Source: Thermoplasmatales archaeon SG8-52-3
GTDB taxonomy: Archaea; Thermoplasmatota; E2; DHVEG-1
Reading direction: 5' to 3'
DNA length: 53,493 nucleotides
NCBI GenBank assembly: GCA_001595915.1
Contig: LSSG01000075.1
Location: forward strand, 1 to 53,493
Shown here: one piece after another, positions 18,976 through 27,325 of the stretch
How the letters are laid out: every line of letters begins with the position of its first letter
How positions within the stretch are numbered: the first letter of the stretch is position 1
The notes under the pieces: model-generated
What the model was told of the DNA's origin: nothing
What the model saw: the letters and a program-made list of their open reading frames with translations, nothing else
Database searches by the model: none
Made by a program: the position numbers and the translations under genes

Positions 18976-19404
18976 TTAAGTTAATGTAAATTCATAATAA
19001 TCTGATATTCCATTATTTGTTACAACCTTTACTTTCATAAACCCTGATCCTGAGAAATTATATACATTAAAATAAACATTATTTTCTGGATGAATATATG
19101 ATTTTGAACAAGAGAAATTGTTGATAGTCCCATTGATTAATATATTAAATAATGATGTTTTTAAAGTAATACTACCAATATTATCAACAGTTATGTTTAT
19201 ATCATAATTTGATCCATTAACTGTATTTATCACATTTGTAATGTTTATATCAGTTTGAACCTGATCGATAATTCTATCTCTCATTTCATCAAATGCATCA
19301 TCTACATTTGTAATAGTTGGTACTGTTGTACTCATAATTATTTCTAAACACATCAATACTGATACACCAATAATTGCAGCAGCACCTACTAATGAGAATC
19401 CCAT
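18976..19404 (-). CDS. flaF: Archaellum stator protein ArlF
   Basis: MGFS...TM start; NITVDNIGSITL; ILING; KVVTNNGI. Confidence 0.88.
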   Translation of the reverse strand: MGFSLVGAAAIIGVSVLMCLEIIMSTTVPTITNVDDAFDEMRDRIIDQVQTDINITNVINTVNGSNYDINITVDNIGSITLKTSLFNILINGTINNFSCSKSYIHPENNVYFNVYNFSGSGFMKVKVVTNNGISDYYEFTLT

Positions 19405-19505
19405 TTCGCACCCTCCTGTTGATGAGTGTTATTGTTAAAGTCCCCTCTAATATTTAATTTAATAATTAATAACTAAAGACAAGTAAATAAATATTTTTAT
19501 TTGAA

Positions 19506-20294
19506 TTAGCAATTATCGATTTTTTTTGTTATCCTTGCAAGTTCACTTTCTATTCTATCTATAAAATGTTTGTCAAGTTGCAATCCTTTTAGTTTTTGTA
19601 TATATACAAGAGATTGGATATGATCTTTTGACGGTAAATCTGTAATATGTTTTTTTGTAGTCTCATCTTTCTTTGTTTGATCAGTAATACCCTGAGAATA
19701 ATCAATCAGTCCCATCTTTGCATCTTGTGTAATCCAACCAATATCTACATAATAGTCAAGAATATTTGACAGATTAGGTCGTCCACATTTATCGATTAAA
19801 TATTGTAACCATTTCATTAAAACAATAACACTTTCTGGATTATTGGGAATTTCAGTAAGTGGTTCTACATTCCATTTAGGAGCATCTCCAATAACTCCCT
19901 CTGGGACCTTAATATCATCTGTTGTTACAAACCTTGGTTTGCTTGCTGTTCCCTTTTCTAAATAAATTATTTTTTCTTTAAGCTCCTCTATTGTTTCGAT
20001 AATTTTTTGCATATCTCCATTTTTTTGAATTGTAACTGATTTTTCTTTACTTTCGGATTTTTCTTGAGGTCTTGCTGTATTTGCATATGTTTTCATAATT
20101 TCCTGTATTTTGCCAATAAGTTGCTGAAATTGTTTTTGATTAATTTTTATATTTTTTTCTTTAAGTTTATTTTCTAATTTTTCTGCTAGTTTTTTGGGTA
20201 TTACATTTTTAGATACCAAGGTAGATAGTTCAGTACTTAGATCAAATTCTTCTGTAGTTTTGCTCTCTTCCTCACCTTCTACCATAATTAACAC
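19506..20294 (-). CDS. flaD: Archaellum accessory protein ArlD/E (start probably 20285)
   Basis: LTEIP...VLMKWLQYLIDKCG...ILDYYVDIGWIT...DHIQSLVYIQKLKG, the FlaD/E domain pattern. Confidence 0.88.
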   Translation of the reverse strand: MLIMVEGEEESKTTEEFDLSTELSTLVSKNVIPKKLAEKLENKLKEKNIKINQKQFQQLIGKIQEIMKTYANTARPQEKSESKEKSVTIQKNGDMQKIIETIEELKEKIIYLEKGTASKPRFVTTDDIKVPEGVIGDAPKWNVEPLTEIPNNPESVIVLMKWLQYLIDKCGRPNLSNILDYYVDIGWITQDAKMGLIDYSQGITDQTKKDETTKKHITDLPSKDHIQSLVYIQKLKGLQLDKHFIDRIESELARITKKIDNC

Positions 20295-20305
20295 CTAATA
20301 GTTTT

Positions 20306-21034
20306 TCAATCCTTTAAATTTTCTATAAATTCATTGATTAAATTATCAATTACCAAATCTATGTTTATATCATGAAATGTTTTTTCAATTATAACATCTA
20401 GATCATTATTTGAAAATTCTTCTGTTATATTTACAGATGTATTTGAATTTTTTTCAGAAGGTTTGGCTACTGTAGCAGTATTTTGTACGGCCTTAATTTC
20501 TGCAAAATCTGCACCGGCATTTTCAGCAAATGATTCTATTTCTCCTACTCTTTCTTTTAATTCATCGATTTCCTTTGTGAAATTTTCAAGGGCATCTATT
20601 CTTTTTTTTGTAACTTTTGAAAGTCCTACAAATGGATTCATTTGTTCTGATACTATTTCATATAGACTAACTAGGTCATCAAGATCTTTTGAAACTGACT
20701 CTAACTTTTTATGAATTGAAGTTATTTCTTCAGAATTTTTTTTAATTTGAAAATCAAAATCTTTTATGCTTTGTAATATTGCACGTTTTTGTTCAAGTGA
20801 ATCTCTAGTAGTCGGCTCTTCATCATCAGATAATTTTTCTTCATTTTTCGGTTCTTTCTCTTTTTCTGAGTTATTCTCTTGATCAACTTTTATTACTTTT
20901 CTAAGGTTCTCTATATTCTGTTTTGATTCTGAAGAATCATCTGGTTTTTCTTCAACTTCTTGAGAAGGCTCTTCTTTAGGACTTGATTCTTCATCTGAGG
21001 TTTTATCCACAGAGTCATCTTCACCTTTTCCCAT
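20306..21034 (-). CDS. flaC: Archaellum accessory protein ArlC
   Basis: Coiled coil ending DLVSLYEIVSEQMNPFVG (FlaC signature); acidic N-terminus. Confidence 0.85.
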   Translation of the reverse strand: MGKGEDDSVDKTSDEESSPKEEPSQEVEEKPDDSSESKQNIENLRKVIKVDQENNSEKEKEPKNEEKLSDDEEPTTRDSLEQKRAILQSIKDFDFQIKKNSEEITSIHKKLESVSKDLDDLVSLYEIVSEQMNPFVGLSKVTKKRIDALENFTKEIDELKERVGEIESFAENAGADFAEIKAVQNTATVAKPSEKNSNTSVNITEEFSNNDLDVIIEKTFHDINIDLVIDNLINEFIENLKD

Positions 21035-21244
21035 CTTTAACTTAATCTATACCCCTCCTAATTTTGAATGTGAGTTAAGTTTTATGTTTTATTAACAGAA
21101 ATATTTATCTTAAGCAATTTGGAATAAATTTTGTATTATTTATAATCTTTTAAAAAAAGCTTATTTTTAATTTTAAAAATTTAAATAATTTTCTAAAACA
21201 AAAAATTTTAAAATAACAAACAAATAGTGATAAATGATTAATGA

Positions 21245-22582
21245 ATGATTTTTAGCATAAGGGTAGTAGTTTCTAAGGAGAAAAAAGGAAAAACAAAAAA
21301 AGAAATTAAAAAAGCAATTATAAAAAGTTCCAGTAAATCAACTACAAATATTGTATTAAGTATAGGAAAAGATAGGCACATTACAAAATATAATATAGAA
21401 TGTGAACGTATATTTGGTTATAATAAGAAAGAAGCAATAAATCAACCAATATTTAATTTTCTAATTCCTACTAAATTTAAAAATGAATGGAAAGAAAAGT
21501 TCGACTCTTTAGAAAATAATAAGAAAATTGATGATTTTAATCTTCCATTATTAGATAAACAAGGACAAGAAGTTCTGATTTCTTGGAGTGTTTTTCCTGT
21601 TAAAAATGTTCATGGTACTCTTATTGATATTAATCTTGTTGGTAATCTAATTTCTTCATTATATGAAGAAAAAGAGCCCTTGATTGAATTTCCAAAAATA
21701 GAAACTAAGGAAAAACCAGATAAAACCTTAATTAAAGAAAACACAATTGAAAAAAAATCTGAGAATTACAATGAACTTAAAAAAATGATTAAAATTCTAA
21801 AAAGAAAGAATTCAGAACTTGATAAAAAAAATAAAGATTTAGAAAAAAATCTCGATTTTTTTAAAAATCGTGTTGAAATTCTTAAGAAAAAGAAGAGTAA
21901 GAAAAAATCTAAAAAAGATGCTCATGAAGATTATCAATCATTCTCTGATTTGGTTGAAAATAAATTAGATAATCAAGATTATGAAAATATAATGAATGAA
22001 CTTGATGACCGTGAAAAACTATTAAAAAATCTTGAAAATGACCTCATGAAGGATAAATCTAATATTAACGAACAAGCAAATGAATTTAAAAAATGGCGGA
22101 AGAAACTTGAAAATTTAGAAATAGATATCAATAATAGAGAAAAGGAACTTCTTACCAAAGAGAGATTATTGACAGATAAAATTGTTACTTCAGAAGATAT
22201 AACATCTGATTTTAATAAGGGGGGAAAAGTTGTAAAATACCACGATCTTCTTGATAAAATTCCTGATTCGGCAGTTGTTATTCACAGAGGTATTTTAAAA
22301 CAGGTAAATGATTCATTTGCAAATTTGATTGGATATAAAATTGATGAAATTTTAAATAAAAGTTTGTTTGATTTTATTATAGCTGAAGAACTTTCAGATG
22401 TTAAGGATTTTTATATCAACAGGTTAATGGGAGTTGATGTTTCTAATTTTGAGACTACTTTGCTTACTAAAAATAATGATGAAATTTTGGTAGAGGTAAA
22501 TACTAAACCAACTGATTTCAATGGTAAAAAAGCAGAGATTGCTATAATAAAAACAATTAAAACTAAAAAAGAAGAAAAATAA
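21245..22582 (+). CDS. PAS - coiled coil - PAS protein with no kinase or output domain
   Basis: N-terminal YNIECERIFGYNKKEAINQPIFNFLIP; C-terminal LLDKIPD..VNDSFANLIGYKIDEILNKSLFDFI; heptad-rich middle. Confidence 0.8.
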   Translation: MIFSIRVVVSKEKKGKTKKEIKKAIIKSSSKSTTNIVLSIGKDRHITKYNIECERIFGYNKKEAINQPIFNFLIPTKFKNEWKEKFDSLENNKKIDDFNLPLLDKQGQEVLISWSVFPVKNVHGTLIDINLVGNLISSLYEEKEPLIEFPKIETKEKPDKTLIKENTIEKKSENYNELKKMIKILKRKNSELDKKNKDLEKNLDFFKNRVEILKKKKSKKKSKKDAHEDYQSFSDLVENKLDNQDYENIMNELDDREKLLKNLENDLMKDKSNINEQANEFKKWRKKLENLEIDINNREKELLTKERLLTDKIVTSEDITSDFNKGGKVVKYHDLLDKIPDSAVVIHRGILKQVNDSFANLIGYKIDEILNKSLFDFIIAEELSDVKDFYINRLMGVDVSNFETTLLTKNNDEILVEVNTKPTDFNGKKAEIAIIKTIKTKKEEK

Positions 22583-22609
22583 AAAATTAAAAAATAAGAA
22601 GGATTTTTT

Positions 22610-23500
22610 TTAATCAAGTTTTACAATTCTCATTGTAAAAACTGATGGAGCTGTAACATCATATTCTGCTTTGATACCTATTTCTGGTGCAAGTGTTCCT
22701 GATATCTCTTTTCTTGGTTCAAGCCCACCTGTATCAAGCACTGCGGAAAGATTGATAATTATTAATGCTCTATCTCCACTATTCATACCATGTGTTGTTG
22801 TGATAGATCCATCTGGATCATGTACTGCAATTACACCGAAATATAATTGTGAAGTATTACCTACTATTGTATATGGTGACCCTGATGTAATTGGAGTATG
22901 AAATACACTTTTATTATCTAGATTGACATTTTGTACAAGTGATTCATTTAATTTTAATATCGATAGGTTATTGTGTAGAACTGATAATGTACATAGGCTT
23001 AGATCGATATCTTTTGATCCTGCTCTTGGTCTAACTTGTATTGCTAGATATTCAATTAATGATTTTTGAGCATTTGTATAACCTGTTACTTGTTCAATTG
23101 CAATTCCTGCTGATACTTCTCTTATTGTTGCTGTACCAACTGTTTTTGCTCTTGACTGTAAGGTTTCACTAGTATTTATCAAAACACTTGCAGCTACAGC
23201 AGCAATTAAGACCATGGCAATAAACACAATTAGAGTACCAATTCCAACCATGGCCTTGTTATCTTCAGTAATTAATTTTCTTTCATTATGTTTTTTATGT
23301 TTCTGTGCAGGTTTTATTGCTATAATTGTACTTATTCTAAGACATCCTAAACCTTGTTCTGAATCAATTAAAATAAAACCATCTTTGTAATCTACATCTT
23401 CAAGAGTACCAATAACGACACTTGCTCTATCGTCACCAGGCTCTTTTGTTACAATTTTACAGTATCTTCCAACCAGCCTTTCCATATATTTCTTTTCCAT
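22610..23500 (-). CDS. flaB: Archaellin 5 with an 83-aa N-terminal extension (Sm/LSm-like domain in the leader)
   Basis: Canonical [32 protein letters not shown] at aa80-111; [11 protein letters not shown]; MNSGD; PEIG; AGGTGGTGA RBS before ATG 23500. Confidence 0.9.
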   Translation of the reverse strand: MEKKYMERLVGRYCKIVTKEPGDDRASVVIGTLEDVDYKDGFILIDSEQGLGCLRISTIIAIKPAQKHKKHNERKLITEDNKAMVGIGTLIVFIAMVLIAAVAASVLINTSETLQSRAKTVGTATIREVSAGIAIEQVTGYTNAQKSLIEYLAIQVRPRAGSKDIDLSLCTLSVLHNNLSILKLNESLVQNVNLDNKSVFHTPITSGSPYTIVGNTSQLYFGVIAVHDPDGSITTTHGMNSGDRALIIINLSAVLDTGGLEPRKEISGTLAPEIGIKAEYDVTAPSVFTMRIVKLD

Positions 23501-23524
23501 TATTCACCACCTTTCTTTCGTTTC

Positions 23525-23543
23525 CGTGTTAAATCATAACACG
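23525..23543 (-). promoter_or_regulatory. Perfect 7-bp hairpin in the likely 5' UTR of archaellin 5
   Basis: + strand CGTGTTA-aatca-TAACACG; lies between a minus-strand TTTAAATA box (~23580-23587) and the RBS (23504-23512). Confidence 0.55.
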
Positions 23544-23768
23544 TCAATAGTTTTCATGTATAGTGTTCTCAAGTGACAATATTTAAAGCTTATCTGTTGG
23601 AATGACAAAAAGAAAAAAAGACAGTTATTCAAAAATAACAATTTGACATTTTTACAATAACTATGATTTACTATAAAAAATCATAAATGTCTCCTTAATA
23701 GACAATAATTGTATAATAAGATTTATATATTATTCAACCTAAAATTTACCCTATAAAACGGAGAAAAA

Positions 23769-24395
23769 ATGGGTAAATTATTAACAACAGGCTTGACAAG
23801 TTCCATACTTATAGTATCTTTATTATTGATAGGAATAACAGTTGCATCAGTATTAACAAGTGAGACAACAGATACTATTTCAGAGCAAGATATTGAACAA
23901 ATGACAGAAGAAACTATAGATGAGATATCAACATATATATTGATAAAGGATCAAATAGGAAAATATAGCAATATTAATGGCGAACAAAGAATTGAAAAAA
24001 TTGCATTATGGATTACTCCTCTTGTAACACAAGAAATTGACATATCAAAACTTACAATAAAACTAAACAATGGTGATAATGTAATATTTCTAAAATATTC
24101 AAATAACTCATTAACTCTAGGATCATACTCATTATTTGAACATAAAATTTGGGAAAATATTAATGGAAGTAATTTTGGATTTATCTCAATTATTGACATG
24201 GATGAATCATTGGTAAATTTTGATATATTAAATGATTGTTCGGATAATGCATATATAGTTTTAAAATTACCAGAATATATGACTTTAAGCAAACATGAAA
24301 AAATGATTGTTACCTTATTTCCTTCAACAGGTATTACTCGAACAATAGAATTGAAAGCACCATTACCTATAAAATCTATTGTCTCGTTTGATTAA
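23769..24395 (+). CDS. Degenerate archaellin-like protein lacking the canonical class III cleavage motif
   Basis: N-terminal TM ending VASVL; ETIDEIST; IEKIALWITP..QEIDIS; FGFISIIDMDES; LND.SD; LFPSTG....KAP, collinear with the archaellins in this window. Confidence 0.7.
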   Translation: MGKLLTTGLTSSILIVSLLLIGITVASVLTSETTDTISEQDIEQMTEETIDEISTYILIKDQIGKYSNINGEQRIEKIALWITPLVTQEIDISKLTIKLNNGDNVIFLKYSNNSLTLGSYSLFEHKIWENINGSNFGFISIIDMDESLVNFDILNDCSDNAYIVLKLPEYMTLSKHEKMIVTLFPSTGITRTIELKAPLPIKSIVSFD

Positions 24396-25753
24396 TCCTC
24401 ATTGATATCTGTTTCAAAATCTAATTTTTTTGTTTTAAGAGAATCATTTGTAACTCCAATAAATTCATCAATTTCCTCATTAGTTTGGATTTTATCTTTT
24501 AAAGGATTGATTTGTGTTTCCTGAGTTGGTATAAAACTTCCTAGTTGAGCTTTTCTTCTTGCAAGCTCATTTTCAACCATCTCAAGAGCAGTTTTATTTT
24601 CTGAAATTTTTGTTTTTATATCATCAAGCTCAGTTAAAAGAAATTTTTTTTCTAACAATTTATCTTGGTTTTCTATCATTTGTTTTTTAATTTCGTTAAT
24701 GATTTTATTTCTTAGTTCAATATCTGTTTTCATTGTTTCAAGTTCATTTTGTCTGCTTTCAAGTTCTGTTTTGAGATCGAATATATTTTCCTTTTTATTA
24801 TCAGTTTCTTGTTTTACTGTTTCAAGATCAAAAATTAAATGAGTAATTTCATCTTGTTGTCTACTAATTAGATTATTTCTATATTCAATATTTTTCTCTT
24901 TTTCTTCTAATTCTTTCTTTAACTGCAGTATGTTTTCATTATTAATTTTTTGATCAGTTTCAAGTTCATATAAAAGTTGTTTATTTTCTGTAAATTTATG
25001 CTGACTTTCTATCATTTGTTTTTTGATTTCGTTAATGATTTTATTTCTAACTTCAAGATCAGTTTTCATAGATTCAAGATCGTTTTGTCTTTCTTCTAGT
25101 TCTTTTTGCAAATGTTGAATTCTTTCTTCTTTTGTATAGAGAGTCATTAGATTATTTTCTAACTCAACTCTGATGTTATCTGAGTCATAATGTGTTTCAA
25201 CCAAATTCATTTGCTTATCAATTAATTGTTGAGTAACATCTTGGATTATACTGTTTCTTGATTGCATGTCGCTGTATAATGATTCAAGTTCTTGCTCTTT
25301 TTTTTCAAATTCTTTCTGTAATTGATTTATTTGTTGTTGTTTCTGTATATTTTCCATTTTATTTTGTTGTAGTTCTTCATTGAGTTTCATCGGTCGGGAG
25401 TTTATATATTCTGGATTGTTTTTCTTATCTTCAAGTTCTTCTCTTAATTTTATTATATCGTCTTCTTTTGCTTTTAGAACTGTTTTTGTTTCATCAAATT
25501 CCTTTTCTAAATTATTAGCAAAATCAGTTTTTTCTATTAGTTGAATTAAATTATCTTGTAATTGTTTATGAATATCTTCAATGATTTTCCCTCTAATTTC
25601 TAATTCCTCTTGTTTATTTTCCAGTTCTTTTTGTAAAAATTGTAATTCGTCCTTTGAACTTTCTTCAAAAATATTTTTTTCAGTTTTTTTATTTGAAGAT
25701 TGTACATTATTGAATTTATTCTGGTTTCTTTTAAATTTACTAAAAAGCGACAT
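24392..25753 (-). CDS. Long coiled-coil protein with internal repeats
   Basis: Repeated LQKELE...RNKII(NE)IKKQM units; no TM or enzyme motif. Confidence 0.75.
   Translation of the reverse strand: MSLFSKFKRNQNKFNNVQSSNKKTEKNIFEESSKDELQFLQKELENKQEELEIRGKIIEDIHKQLQDNLIQLIEKTDFANNLEKEFDETKTVLKAKEDDIIKLREELEDKKNNPEYINSRPMKLNEELQQNKMENIQKQQQINQLQKEFEKKEQELESLYSDMQSRNSIIQDVTQQLIDKQMNLVETHYDSDNIRVELENNLMTLYTKEERIQHLQKELEERQNDLESMKTDLEVRNKIINEIKKQMIESQHKFTENKQLLYELETDQKINNENILQLKKELEEKEKNIEYRNNLISRQQDEITHLIFDLETVKQETDNKKENIFDLKTELESRQNELETMKTDIELRNKIINEIKKQMIENQDKLLEKKFLLTELDDIKTKISENKTALEMVENELARRKAQLGSFIPTQETQINPLKDKIQTNEEIDEFIGVTNDSLKTKKLDFETDINED
24671..25090 (-). repeat. Internal duplication in the coiled-coil gene (24671-24754 vs 25007-25090)
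   Basis: Both copies start ttctatcatttgtttttt(a/g)atttcgttaatgattttatttct; offset 336 nt (112 codons). Confidence 0.85.
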
Positions 25754-25867
25754 CCTTAGATTCTACTCCCAGCCTAATATAGATCACGGCTTCCCTCCAA
25801 AGAAAGTAATGTGGTTTGCTATTCTTTAAGATTTCGCATAAAAAATTAATCTGAAAAGTTATTAGAA

Positions 25868-27325
25868 TTATTTAAAGATTTTATTAATATTTGGAGGTGT
25901 AGTAAGTAAACTAATAATTATTACAAAAAATAAAGATATAAAAAAAGCAGGTATCATTCCAGGAATAATCAATTCAGACGATAAGGAATTTGAAAACATA
26001 TTAGCAACTCCTAATTTATCCCATAATATTACAGTAACGGTTCCGGATATCATTCCTACTATTGCACCCCACTTAGTAGTACGTTTCCACCAAAGAGATA
26101 AAATGATAAGTGGACCAAAGGATGCAGCAAGTCCACCCCATGCAAAAGCTACAAGAAAATATATTACTCCTCCTTGAAGAGCTAAAATAAAGGCAATTAT
26201 TGATAAAGAAAGAACTGAAACTCTACTGTAAAATAATAATTTATTCTGACTAATCTTTGGATTAACTAATTTATGATAAACATCTTCGACAATTGATGAG
26301 GATGCAACAAGAAGTTGAGAATCTGCTGTTGACATAATTGCCGCAGTAATTGCTGCAATTACAATACCTGCAGCCCATTCAGGTAATAGATTCATAGCAA
26401 GAAGAGGCATTACCTTCTCAGGATCAGGCAATCCTTTAAATAAAGCCAAACCAATAATTCCAATAAATACAGCTCCCCAAAGACTGATAATAACCCAAGT
26501 CATTCCGATTAATGTGCTGTTCCAAATTTTTTTCTCTTCTTTTATAGCCATGTATCTAGTTAGAATATGGGGTTGACCTGGATAACCAAAAAACCATGAC
26601 ATACTCACAAAAGCAAATAGTAAAAATAAAAAACCACCATATCCAAAACTTGGAGATAGTGCATTAACATTTATACTACTTATTTCTGAAAAAATTTTAC
26701 CTAATCCTCCCAATCTAATAATACCAATTATTGGAAGAATTAAAAGAATTCCAACTATAAGCAAACCTTGAAATACATCTGTCCAAGCAACTGCAAAAAA
26801 TCCACCTAGAAGAGTATATAATGTGATAATAAAAAATCCTAAAATTAATGCAGAATGATAATCCCATCCAAAAGTCTCACTTAATATCTTTCCACTTGCA
26901 ACAAGCTGAACTGAAACATAGGCTACCATAAAAATAGTAATAATACTTGTTGAAATCCCTCTTATAATATGTGTTTTATCATTAAATCTATCCTCAAGAA
27001 AATCAGGAATTGTAATTGAACGTAATTTTGCAGTATAATTTCGTAGACGTTTTGCAATAACACTCCAATTAAATAGTGTACCAAATGCAGCACCAATAGA
27101 AGTCCATAAAGCTCCAATACCATAAACAAAGCCTCTGCCTGGCAGTCCCAACACCAACCAACCACTCATATCAGATGCTTCAGCACTAATTGCTACTGGC
27201 CATGTACCTAATTTTCTACCTGCAATTAAAAAATCATCAAGTGTTTTATTAAATCTTGATGACCAAATTCCAATTATAACAAGAATTATTAAATAAATAA
27301 GGAAAGCGAGAATTAAAATACTCAT
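25868..27325 (-). CDS. putP: Sodium/proline symporter (SSS family)
   Basis: SAEASDMSGWLVLGLPG, GGFFAVAWTD, GYPGQPHILTRYMA, AAIMSTADSQLL, AWGGLAASFGP. Confidence 0.9.
   Translation of the reverse strand: MSILILAFLIYLIILVIIGIWSSRFNKTLDDFLIAGRKLGTWPVAISAEASDMSGWLVLGLPGRGFVYGIGALWTSIGAAFGTLFNWSVIAKRLRNYTAKLRSITIPDFLEDRFNDKTHIIRGISTSIITIFMVAYVSVQLVASGKILSETFGWDYHSALILGFFIITLYTLLGGFFAVAWTDVFQGLLIVGILLILPIIGIIRLGGLGKIFSEISSINVNALSPSFGYGGFLFLLFAFVSMSWFFGYPGQPHILTRYMAIKEEKKIWNSTLIGMTWVIISLWGAVFIGIIGLALFKGLPDPEKVMPLLAMNLLPEWAAGIVIAAITAAIMSTADSQLLVASSSIVEDVYHKLVNPKISQNKLLFYSRVSVLSLSIIAFILALQGGVIYFLVAFAWGGLAASFGPLIILSLWWKRTTKWGAIVGMISGTVTVILWDKLGVANMFSNSLSSELIIPGMIPAFFISLFFVIIISLLTTPPNINKIFK

Noticed and set aside
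18513-19404. ArlF and ArlG both starting MGFSL
   Set aside because: Explained by known ArlF/ArlG paralogy
23249-23251. Met84 as the real start of archaellin 5
   Set aside because: It would remove the class III leader and has no RBS, while ATG 23500 has a good one
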